Below, one piece after another: positions 34,101 to 46,500 of a DNA stretch of 64,000 nucleotides (position 1 is its first letter; each line of letters opens with the position of its first letter). Origin of the DNA: Paraspadella gotoi (taxonomy: Eukaryota > Animalia > Chaetognatha); the NCBI GenBank assembly GCA_051294375.1, contig CM119271.1, forward strand, positions 1,420,721 through 1,484,720, written 5' to 3'. Made by a program: the position numbers and the translations under genes. The notes beneath the pieces were generated by a model. It was not told where the DNA came from, did not search any database, and saw only the letters and a list, made by a program, of their open reading frames with translations.

Positions 34101-36285
34101 GCAAAATGTTAAATCGTTTCTGCTTCTTTTAACCATAGTCGTCGTCACACTGTTAATTATTCAATTAATTAATAATTTATTATTCAGTCAATTAATCAAT
34201 TTATTATTCAATAAATTAATTTATCTATTAATTATTTAATCATTCTATTTATTTATCAATTAATTAATTATTTAATTAATCAAGTCAATCGTTATTGGCA
34301 TTATTGTTGTCGTCAGTGATTAAAGACATAAAAACAAATATTTCGAGTCAAATTAATTAATTGCTTTATTAATGAATTAACTCAAATTAGTTAATAAATT
34401 AATTAATTACCATTATTGATCGTGGACAGATCCAACATTACTTGCTCAAATTTATATATATAGTCGAGTTCATCTCTGTAATTTAATAATTATGATAATT
34501 AAATCATTAATAAGATAATCCATAAATTAATTTGTTACAGCAGCTGTCCTGTTTCTTTCTATTTTTCTTTTTTTTTCTCTTTTAATTATATGTCGCTTTT
34601 TTTTCCATTGCAACTTCTTCTGATTCGTCTAAAAACGAGTTCGCTTTTTTTTTTCTTTTTTATTTGGTTATTATCGCATCAATGAATGATTATCATTACA
34701 TCTATCATTTGGTTATCATCGCATCAATGATTTGGTTATTATCGCAATAATCATTTGGTTATCATCGTATTAATCCTTTGGTTATCATCGCATCAATATT
34801 TTGGTTATCATAACATCAATATTTGGTTATCATCGAATCAATAATTAATTATTATTATATCAATCAATTTTTATTATATCAATCAATTATTATTATATCA
34901 ATCAATTACTATTATATCAATTAATCAATTACTATTACTTCAATTAATCAACTACTATTATATCAATCAATCAATTATTATTACATTAATAATTCCTTAT
35001 CGTATCAATCATTCGTTTTTTCCCGAATTTTTTTTATAGTAACGTCTGGCGAGATCAGTATACTTTTAAGATTTTTTCTTTTGTTTTTGTTTTTTTCATT
35101 AAAATTCTTCTCTTCCTTCAGACTCGACACGAGATCGAACACTAGACCAACAATGCACCGTCACCCGACCCGGCGTATCCATGATCGCCTCGGCCCTCGC
35201 TGTGGAACTCCTCGTCAGCGTGCTGCAACATCCTCTGCGTGGACGCGCCTCCGCGCAAACCACCCCCACCGAAGACGACGATTACGACTACGACGACGAC
35301 CGGTTCGCGGATCCGTCTCGTCCCCGGGAACCCCAATCTTGTCTCGGCATCGTTCCACATCAAATTCGAGGGTTTCTATCGCGTCACCACCAGGTGGAGT
35401 GACGGGCGGAGCAATTCAAGGAGAAAGTGTTTGTTTGTGATAATTTTGATAGGGATTCTCTGAATAGGTATCCTAACCAGAAGTTAAGTCAGGAGAATAC
35501 GGGAAAATAATATTTTGACGGCAGGAAAATCTATAAGGCAACGAAATCACGAGGGTGAAAAAGGGGAGAAACTAGTAGGGGAGTGAGAGAGAGAAGGGTG
35601 AACTGAACTTCGTGAACGCGGCCCCGAATCCCTGGAAGGAGGATGATGAGGAGGTGAATGAGGAGAGTGGGTAAGAGTCCCGCGTCGGTCTATCTTCTTT
35701 TATTCTGGGATTGTTGTTTAATTTTCTTTTTTTTTTGCCCTAAAGGTCAAGAAAAATTAAGAAATTAAATTTTTTTTAGGTTTTATTTTTAATACAAAGT
35801 TTTATATTTTAATTTCAAAGACTTTTATCATTATGCCCTTGATGAAGACAGGATTCTTCGAAATGTTGCTTTTTTCTCTTATAAAAAAAATTTTAATGCA
35901 AGCAATGAAATGAAAACAAATAAAATGTAAAAAGTTTTTTTTTTACTTTTCGTCGCTCTTCCACCCTTGGCCCCTTAACATCCTTCGCTCCTCCCCTTTC
36001 ATCCAGGTTCTCCCCTCCTCCCTCGCCTTTGACCGCTGCACCTCCTGCTCCGACGTCGTCGTCCGCGCATTCCTCGGCCTCGAGTCCGACGACGACGACG
36101 CCTGGACGCGACACCGGGCCAACGTGAGGGCCGATCCAGACTTCCGCGCCCCCTTCTCCCAACTTTTTCTCATGAGGTCCTTCAACGAGACCAACTTCCT
36201 CGAGGATCTCACCGGCCTCACCGAACTTCACAAGGAGTCGAGGAACGCTGAGATTTGGGAGTTCAGCGACGAGGAGGAGATTTAA
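31131..36285 (+). CDS. ATG7: Ubiquitin-like modifier-activating enzyme ATG7, 9 exons
   Basis: Motifs [76 protein letters not shown], and the catalytic [13 protein letters not shown]. Confidence 0.97.
31684..31949 (-). mobile_element. Hammerhead-family insertion in ATG7 intron (ribozyme-like motif 31719-31765, G12C variant)
   Basis: 10-bp direct repeat TACTATTCGG (31674-31683, 31950-31959). Minus strand reads ACAGUG-CUGAAGA-A-GACUUG(AAAUA)CAAGUC-CAAAC-ACG-UC/CACUGU. The body resembles 4010-4130 ((GA)n, GTGAGGACAG, AGGCCAGAT). Confidence 0.7.
34071..35075 (+). mobile_element. Helentron-like element, family B copy 2 (ATG7 intron)
   Basis: Same subterminal repeats and minisatellites as 2151-3230. 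Confidence 0.7.
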
Positions 36286-37515
36286 ATCCGGATTTAGATT
36301 TGGATGGGGGAGGAAGAGAAAATGGCGGGAAAATGTTTTCCTGCTTTTAGTTTTTAAATTAAAACTAGTCATTCTTATTTTTAGATTGTCCCTCGAGCTC
36401 TCAGGGGAAATAAAGTGTAATGTTTTGGTGTTCGTGGGATGAAGTTGAGCCGGAGGCGGAACCGAAATTGATTCGAGGATCTATCAGTGACGTCAAAGTG
36501 GTTATCAAGATTCGGTTGTTGTTAGAAAAAATAAAAAAAGGTCGCCTCTCACCGTAATCGCGCTTTTATTTTTATGTTTCCTTCTCTCTCTCTCTTTTAA
36601 GTATATGTAGCTCTCTCTCTCTCTCTCTTTCCCCAGTGCTGATTCATCGGGGAAAAAATGAATCTGCAGCTGGCTCTGCAGGGGCTCTTTCTTTTTCTCT
36701 CTTTTCTCTTTTCTGCTGCTGCCTTTTGATTTTTTTCTCTTTCTCTCTCTTCGTTTTTTTAAAAAAAAATTAAATTAGGATTGAACTCGTAAAATTAGGC
36801 ATCGCATTCGTACATGTTATCATTTTGCTTTCGCAACATCGGGTTTTTATTTCGTTTTTTTTTTAGGGACGCGTCTGCTGATCAGTTTATTTTTTGACAA
36901 TGAAAAAGGTTTTTTTTCTTTCAGAAACTGTAACTTTAATTTTTCTCAATACTTTTTTAAATGACAATCGCAAAATATAATTTTTCTTTCTGTATAAAAA
37001 TTAATTTTCTTTTCTCAAATTTTATTTTTTTTTAGTATAAAAATTTGTCGTCAATCCACATTATTCTTATGTGATTGCGACAATCCTTATGCTTTAAGGT
37101 TTTTTTTTTTGGTTCATGTCCGCGGCTCAACGCTCGTCATTATTTTACTAGGATCAAAAACGAATCATCTTTATTTAGATTAAAAAAATTCCATTTTTTC
37201 GTTGTTACTTAACATTTTTTGGTACCGATATATTTTTTATATATAAAAAAGGGATGTAATCTCTACATTGACGAAGCGACTGACATTTAAAAAAAAAAGG
37301 AGAAAAGATCTGAACTAAAAAAAAGAAAAACTCGTAACCCAATCCCACGATGCGATGATTCAATCGTCCTTTGGACTCCGACGATGACGCCGACGGCTAC
37401 GCCTCCGCCGAAAACGTCGCCCACGCGAAACCACGCCGCCGACGGCGAAAAACGAGGCAGCATGAAGTGACAAGCCGCGGCAGCGCAGCACTCTCGTCGC
37501 GAAAGGGGGGCGGAA

Positions 37516-40500
37516 ATGGCAACCGAGGCGGGATATCTGCCGCAAGTTGGTGTCTCTTGTGCGGATTTGAAGTTTGGCATGGTGACCGTGTCGGATGGAA
37601 AGACGAAACCACAACCGGTGAGGGGACCTTTTTTTGAAATTCGTGGAGAATTTTAATTAAATTCTTATTAGATTTATGAGAAATGTGATAAATAGACTCT
37701 TCAAAACTTTAGCTAAGTTTAACTTTTAAGTTATGATTGCGAGCACGAGAATTTCTCCCTCTCGTCCACAACCCCTCGACCTGCAGGTGCGCCTTCAACT
37801 GACGCCGGACGCGTTCATCCTCCAGCGCGAGGAGCTTTGCCTCGCCGGCGCCGCGGAACCGCCCGTCGACGGCGCGACCGGTTCCGACTTTTCCATCCAC
37901 GACACCCTCAACTCTGACGGCGCCGACTCGCGATTCTCGGATCAACAAGTGAGTCGGAAGTAAAGCCCGAGTTATGGATGATATGATGGATGCTGGTTGT
38001 GACGATGATTTTCGGGAATTGAATGACATTAACAAAATACAAGGAAATGAAATTGAGCTTGTGTGTGTAATTTACTGGAGTTTTTTGTTTGTTTGAATAG
38101 AAAAGGTGGGTGACTAAAAGAAAGTCGACGGTATTTTCAATATTTCTTTTCTTTTTCTATTTGGCTCTTTTATTTTCTTAGCCTTTTCCTGCGTTTCTGC
38201 ATGCTTATGGTTCTTATAATTGAAGTTTTATTGCTTAAGGACCAGCTAACTCGTTTTGCGGAAAAAAATTGCGAAATCAGGCGTAATTGCATGGTCTACT
38301 TATAGAACGATTAAAAAAAATATTCTTTTTGTATAAGTGGCGAATTCTTATCTTTCGTACAAGGGTTTTGCGCCCGGTGAATAACCTTCCTCTTCCTCTA
38401 TTTTTCTCCTCCCTTTTCCACCAATCAGACTTTTTATTAAAAATAAAACAAAAGATCATCGACCGATCAAGTTTGGAATTTCTTTCGCTCCTTCGACAAG
38501 CTCGATCTTGATAAAGGGGTTGATAAAAATTAATCTCTGGTCCTTTATTTCTTGAAATTTCTATTTCTGCGTCAAAATTGCGTTTGTCGTAATCCGGTTT
38601 CTTCGATTTCGTTTTAATTCTGACTGAGAAGGACAAATCAATAAAAAAAAACAATCAAGATTCTTCCGTCATTCTTAGTCGACACAAATTACTAATTTGT
38701 AAAATTATACACCACAAAAAGCCTGAAAATTGACAGTAGCGATAAAACGATAAGACAGAATTATCTAGTATAACAAATATGGCTGAAGAAACGCGAAGAG
38801 TGAAGCGCGACCGAGCAGAGCGCTTTAACTGGCACCTGACCAGAAACTTTCTCGACGAGAACTCCTACCGGATGATGAAGCACGTCGCCAAGTGGAGTCG
38901 CGAGGAATATCACGTGGTGGAGCACGATCCGCTCAAGAAGTGGTTCACCAAATGCATCGACTTTCTGGAGGAAGAAGACGATCCCAAGACCTTCGTCCAG
39001 ATCGTCCGCAAGCACGACGTTAACACCCGCGTCGCCATGAACGACGACGCCGCCGACATGGGTCCCAGCGTTCTCATCGAGGAAGCTTTCAGCTTCTGCA
39101 AGAAGCCCGCTCTACTTGCCGTGCTCAAGAAACGCGGGGCCAACATCAACTACCGCTTCAAGGGACGCACCTTGCTCCACACGGCGGCCAATGGCGGCAA
39201 CGGCGTCGCCTTTGCCGTGGGAATCAAGTGGGGCCTCGATCCTCACGCCCGCGACAACCACGGCGACGAACCAATCATCTACGGTCTCCGCTCGGCCGGC
39301 TGCGACGCCAAGACTTGCCGCCTTCTCTTTCGTTTGACAGGCACGGATCCGATGGGCTTTTATCCTTGCACGAGGACCCTTTACGACGAGTGGCTGCCCT
39401 TCGCCCACGGCCAGTTCCCGTCCACAGCCAAACTGTCCTATTTGCACATGGTGGCACAAAACGAACCGTTGACGGCGACGGCTGGCGAGATCGTCGAGCA
39501 CAAGATCGACATGGGCCTCGAGTACGGGTTCGAAGTTGACGTTTCGCACGGCGGAGGACCAACTCCGATGCTAATGGCTTGCGTCCCCGCGGCCTTGTGC
39601 GACAAGCCTGATATTTTGGAATATTTAAGGGAGAAAGGGGCCAACTTGTCTCTGCCTCAGGCGCGGATATTTTCGTGAAAAAAATATTATGAAAAAAAAT
39701 AGTTTAAAATTATTTATTTGATGTAGTCTCATAGGAAAAACCATTTAAATTTTTTCAGTAAAATAGGTTAAAAGAAATATTTTACGCTTATCGTTTCAAT
39801 GAAGATGTTGGCGAAGATTTAAAATTCAATTATTTAAATTGAAGTATAAGTTGCAGCGCGAAATAATTTCTTCCCGAAAATATCCACACGCTCTGCGTCG
39901 CTTCCCTTCAGAACAAGGAAGTGTTTCATTACATCGCCTACATCTACAACCGCCCTTCGGACACCTGTTGCCTCGAGTGGTGCATCGAAAACGGCCTCGA
40001 CATCAACGACTACAACGACAATCTCGTCCCTCCTCTTTTCCGCGCATGCGCCACCGCGCCGCGCCTCCATTTTATGTTGGAAAATGGGGCGGACCCTTCT
40101 GCCCTTTCAAAGCACGAGAAGCCCATGAACCTGCTCCGTTTCATGGCGGATCACTTCGCGGCGCCGGGCCAAGCGGACGAGAACAGCCTCGACGCCGTTA
40201 GATTCGCCCTCGACCTCGGATTCCGCATTTATAATCGAGAAACGCGGAAGAGAGTCTGCGCTCGCTTCGACAAGATCCAACAGTTCGTCGACATGTGCCG
40301 CAGTGAAAATTACGAGACGGCCTTCGAGCCGACGAGATGCAGTTACGAGAAGTGCGGCAATATCAGACGGCGCCGGTAACTTTTAAGCGGTGCGGCGCAT
40401 GCGTGGAAGACGTGGCCTGGAGAAAAAAGAAAAGAGTTTATTGCGGGAAAGCATGTCAGAGAGCGGACTGGGCGGAGAGGCATAAGAGGGAGCACGAGTC

Positions 40501-43500
40501 GAGTAATATGGAGTCTGTGGATTGAATTTGTTTGTATATAAATTGTGTGATATTTAAATAATTTATAAAATATTTCGATTTATAAATACTCGTGACAATC
40601 GTTCTTCGTTTGTGGAGGATATTTAAAATTCATTAGCCTGCGTATTTGTACTGTAACTTATTGTAAAAATGTTTTAATTATTGATAATCTGTTTAGTGAA
40701 AATAGTAATAGTCATTATTTATCAGCTTAGCGCTTGGTGAAGAGTGATTTGACCGAACCAAGATACGAGTTACAATTACAATTGAGACAATTCTATTTTT
40801 CCGCAAGACGGCTTAAATTGAGCTCCTGTGATATATATAGTCTTGGTTAAAAAATGAAATCTATGAACCTCTTGTAAATTTCTTTGTCAAGAAATAAAAA
40901 ACACTCGCTTTAATGATATAAATATTATTTGATTTAAAACAGAGAAAAAGGCAAGCTAGTAATGTCGACTTTCAGAGCTTAATATCCCTATCTCTGATTC
41001 GAAGACGGTCGTGGCAAATGAGCTTTCTTCGTCAATAACTAACAATAAATATCTTTCCTCGTTCTCTTTCGCCAGGAACGACGGGTGACGCTCCAACGCC
41101 AACCAGACGGGGGCCTCGGCCTCTCCATCAAAGGAGGCATCGAACATCACCTTCCAATCCTCATTTCGCGCATATTCAAGGTGGCCGAGGATTATATTAT
41201 TTCTTTCTTTTACGTACTATATAGAAAACGGGTTTATTTTTGTAACGTGTTATCTATTCCAAAATTTTATTAAAGAGACTTTCTTTTCTTTGCCTTCTTT
41301 AGTTTCGTTTTAGTATTGAGCAGAAAACAAAGTTTATTTGTTTATATAGAAAAAAAAGGACAAGTCTTCATCAAATATCATCAAAAATAAGAGTCGAAAC
41401 ATGTTATTTTTAAATTATAACTCGTTTGTAAACAAATAACCTTTTTCTCTTCGATAGAGTTATATAGAAAATCAAGTTTATTTTTGCTAATATAAAACAT
41501 TTTTTAAAAAAATTGTTCAGCATAGTTATTGAATGACACGTATAGTATAGTGAATAAATACATAGAGTATCGACAGAAAAATAGCTAAGTTTATTTTATG
41601 TTTTCTCAAATTAGTTAATAAATTTGCGTTGAATATCTCCTAACGAACTTACTCATTCACTTTCTTATTCCACGTTTCGTCCCCTTTCCCCCTCTCATTC
41701 TTCTTCCCTCATCAGGACCAAGCGGCCGACCTGTCCGAGTCCTTGTTTGTGGGCGACGCCATCGTGGCGGTCAACGACGCCTCCATCGAGGCCGCCACGC
41801 ACGACGAGGCGGTCGCCGCCCTCAAGAACGCCGGGAATCAAGTCACGCTCGTCGTCAGACACTTCCCCGCCGCCACGCCCTTCCTCGTCAAGGCAGGCAC
41901 CGCCGCCTCCAACGCCTCCACCGCCGGCTCTTCCAACTATAGGTCACTTTTTCTCAATTTTCAGATTTTTTTTTATTTTTGAAATTTTTGGTTAATTGGG
42001 CCTGTTCATTGACTTTTGTACTGTACTGTTTTACTAATAAAACATTAACTATGTTGAGATGAGTATGAATACTGTATTATTAGTAAAACAGTTCAGTACA
42101 GTGAACGATTCGCGAAGACGGAATATCTAACTTGGGTCCTTCATGGGGACAATTTTACAAGCGCCGGTAAAAAAACGCTGTCATTTGAAAACCCATGAAG
42201 ATTTTTTTAATGTTATGTTAATTTCAGTAAGTTTTCTGAAGAAATTTGAAATAATGTTAATATTATCTTCTGAAAGCCCTTTCAAATCTAAAGAGAATGA
42301 CGTACTTACGAATACTGTAGTATAAAATTTAACCGGCTCAGCTTTAATTCAATTAGGATACTCAAAAACGAGACATCTTTCCAAAAATCAATAGCTGGAA
42401 GGTAAATTAAGATTTTTATCAAATTGTAATTGGCTATCTTGAATATTTTTTTCTCAGACTCTTTCATGATACTTATTTAAATAATAATATTTTCTGTTAT
42501 AATAATTTAAACAGGTCATATATTTTTTTAAAAAATTAAAATTTTAGATAATTTTTGACTCTCTTAGTTGAACCAAGGCTGGGCAGCTTAATTTTTCTGA
42601 GGATACTAATATTATTAATATCTTAATAAATACTTTGTTTAAAAAAGTGCTAAAAGTTAAAAAAAAAAGAATTTAAAAACAGTGAGTTGGATAATGAAAC
42701 CCGATTTTAAAAGCCAACTTTCTCCACTCATTGTCAAGGCATTAACTGATAAATATAAAATTTGAACACATAAATTATTTTAATATTTTCTACTCAACTA
42801 ACTTTTAAAATCAATAAAATAACCACTGGTTTGCAAATGGCAGCCTTTTTTTACCGACGCTTGTAAAATTGTCACCATGTAAGCTAAGAGTGAATGAAAA
42901 ACCAGAAGAAAAGAGCATCTTAATTCTCCAAAGATTATGAATATCATGCTGAGCTAAAACTAATATTGTAATAAGTAACAAGTGACCGATACAACATTTC
43001 AAATACCCAACATAGTTCTTCTCCTTGTTCTTTTTAGCACCCGCGCGCGTTCCGGCAGCATCGGCGCCTCGGCCGATTTCCGGTCTGGCTTCAACGGCGC
43101 CGGGACGGCCAGTTCCGGCCAAGGCTCCTTGTCCTCTGGATCCAGCGGCGATCCTCGCCAGGTCCCTTCGTCGCGCGTGGATCGCCACTGGGTCGACGTG
43201 CTCGCCATCCCGCTCCTCATGGCCAACGTGACGCGATACATGACGGGCACGGACAAGGCGCGGCCCAACGCCTTCGAACTCGTCGGCATGGACTCCACCT
43301 CCTCGGGAATCATCATCTGCGACGACGGGGCCTCGCTAGAGGAGTGGGTCCACTCCATATCCGACAACATCGCCGCCCTCAACGCCCAGACGCTGGCCGT
43401 CTCCAACAAGGGCGTCCCCGTCGCCGAGTACGTCTTCCACGCCTGCTGGGTGGGCGAGAGGGTGACCAGCGCCCGATCCTGGCCCGTGTGGCGACCGCGC

Positions 43501-46500
43501 TTCCTCGCCCTCAAGGGCGCTGGGGTTTATCTGCTGGATCAGGTAGTTGGAATTTTTTGAGTATTATTCCCAATGAAAAAGGGCCCAATAGCGTTAAAAT
43601 GAGCCCAGTATAATTGATAGTAATTGTTAATATCCGATCATATATGAAGCCAATGATGAATGAACTGATGAACAAATCCACTGAAGTTTCTTCTCGACAT
43701 AATGAATGAAAAAACAAAATTGAGATAATTGAGGGAAAAAAATCTATCGTCAGCCTTGTTCATTTGTTTTGCTTAACCATTCGCGATATCGGGAAATGCT
43801 GTTAAAACTGATTAGAAATTTAAAAAAAAAGAAAGTTTAAGAATGGATTAGTGAGATTTGACAATGAAATTATTAACCGGCATCCTTGAACTCCCATATT
43901 TCTAAACTCTGAAACGAGTTCAAAAAATGACCTCGAGGTTTAGGTTAAAACTTCTTTGTGAACCAACTTTTGGGTGTAAACTAAACTGTATAAGTTTATA
44001 ACTCACGTCTTCGAAATTTTCTCTATTTTTTTCGGCGCTAATAACTGTTAAATGATGATCGAAGCGTCAAAGTTTTTTTCCCGGCCTCCGACTTCGTCGT
44101 CTGAAAAAAAAAGGAAAGTGAAAAGGGGTAATTATTTTTTGTTAAACTCGTTGATAGGCAAAAAAAAACATAACTTAAGACTCGACGAGAGATTTCTTCA
44201 AAATCTGGTCCCTTTTTTTTTGTGGCCTGGGGATTTCGTTTCGAAGCGGAAGAAAACTCACGCTGGTCGAAAATTCGAACCATCTGGACTTGGAGGATTC
44301 AACTGCCCCCCCGTCTCCGAATTTCGAATAAATCTACAACCATGTTTTCTTCGATAATTTTAGCCTTTTTGCTGGCGACGTTGGAAATGGCCGCCGGTCA
44401 AGGTAAAAAAAAATTAAATTTTTTGGGTCGCTTCCTTCGCTGCCTCTGATTTAACTTTTTTTTAGGGTACTACCGTATGTCTAAATTGTCTATTGTCTAT
44501 TCTTATTCTACTTCCGTCAAATCTGCAGATATTCTTTTTTTTTTTCTTGCCAGGAAATTTGGAGATTTCGGACGTGAAGGTCACGACAATTATGCGCGTG
44601 AGTCTTTTAAGAAAAAAAAACACGGGCGTGAATCTATTCCTAAGCTTTGGCATAGTTTGGAAAATCTTCTCCACTCTGTCTATAGGAACCATACATGATG
44701 CTGAAAGACGGTTGCACCAAACTCTCTAAAGATTGTGCTCGAGGATTCACCAAAGACCTTCTCGACCAGTTGAGCGAGGACATGGGGTTCCAATACACTC
44801 TCAAAGCGGTCGACGATGGAAAGTATGGGGCCTTCGATGGATCCAAATGGACCGGATTGATCGGAGAAGTCCAGGCTCAGGTTTGAAAAAAAAATGTGGC
44901 AGAAAAGTATTCTTTAAGATTAAAAAGTTGACCGGTATCTCCAGAAAGCTGATGTGGCGGCTGCGGACATTACTTTGACGCACTTACGCAGCCAGGTGGT
45001 GGACTTCACCACGCCCTACTGGACCAGTTCCTTGGCGGTACTGATGAAGAAGCTCCCCAGCGCCGCAGAGGGGGGAGGAGTCTTCACCGTCTTGACAGTC
45101 TTCAATGTTATCGTATGAACTGAGCTTGAATGATTAATAGAAGGGTTGCATTTCTTTTATCTTTTTGTCTCGAAGGTTTGGATTTTAATTTTGGTTTCCA
45201 TTCTTGTCGTCGTCGTCATCTTCCTCGTGATCAACCATTTGTCGCCGATCGAAGGTCGCCGTTTGGCGGCGAAGGGTAAATGCGCCGCCGAAGAGGCCGA
45301 CGCGTTTGGCCTTTTTGGATCTCTGTGGTTTGCCTTCAGCAACCTTTGTTGGCAGGGTATGCTTGGTGTGCTGGAGGATTTTTACAGATGTAGATGAGAT
45401 AAAAGAGATTGAGAGATGATGTGAGTGAGACTATGAGTGTCGTATTGTTCCAACTGCTTTTAGGGTTCGATCGAACGCCAAAATCTATTTCTGGCCGAGT
45501 TTTGACGATCTTCTGGTGGGTCTTCGCTCTCTTTATGATCGTCACCTTCACCGCTGGCGTGATCAGCTTTTTTGGGGTCAACCACCTTTCAATGAACACG
45601 CTGTCGGACCTGGACGACGCCGACGAAGTTCAAATAGGATGTTTCAGCGGTTAACTTTTTTAATAGTGTTATTCAATTATTAACTATTTATTTATATTAT
45701 TAGAAAAGTGGCTTGATTTTTCACTAGGCGGCGCCACGTATCGATTTTTACAAAACACAAAAGTCGATGCTTATCGTTCGCTCTTTTTCAAAGTGGATAA
45801 GGCTGGGAATTTGTTTCAGTCGACGTCCGAAGCCATAGAACGAATCAAGCAAGGTAAGGGCAAGCCTGTCTCGTTAACGCCTCGCCGCAAAGTATATATA
45901 AGTAATAATTTTGTACTCAGGAAATTATGCAGCTATTTTAGAAGGCCCCTCTGCTGATTATCATGCGGCCCGTGATTGCGATCTTGGGATTTTGCCGGAG
46001 AGAATCAAAAGTTTGGAAAGGTCTTCGTGTAAGTGTCTCTTAAGTGGAGCGTAGTCCTCTGACGATTATAGTAGTTGATTTATATTTATATTTTTAGAGA
46101 ATAAAGTGAAGCTCAAATAAAAAGGTTGAAACTAGTCTTTCCATCTCTTAAAAGCCTACGCCTACGCCCTGCGTCCTGGCCTCCCTAATCTCCTCAAAGC
46201 AATTAACACGAAAATCATCCAGTACCAATCAGACGGCACCTTTTTCCAGCTTTATCAAAAGTGGTGGCTTACTGTCAACTCCACGTGCGATCCCCAACGA
46301 AAGGTCCACTCCAAATAATGGCCTCAAAAAGTGGTTGGGCAACAAGTAATTAACCTCATTTAATCCGATTCACTTTCTACTTGACATCTATATAAAAGGT
46401 GGGTCACGACCCTACTCGAGCAAGGCCCTCGGCCTCGGAACGTGGCCGCTCCCTTCGTCATCCTCATCGTCGGTATCGTCTTTGCACTTATCGCTCTGGG

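Noticed and set aside
35836-35872. TTGATGAAGAC...TTCGAAATGTTG hammerhead-like string
   Set aside because: Core C3 and stems II/III are degenerate and no TSD was found. At best an old relic.
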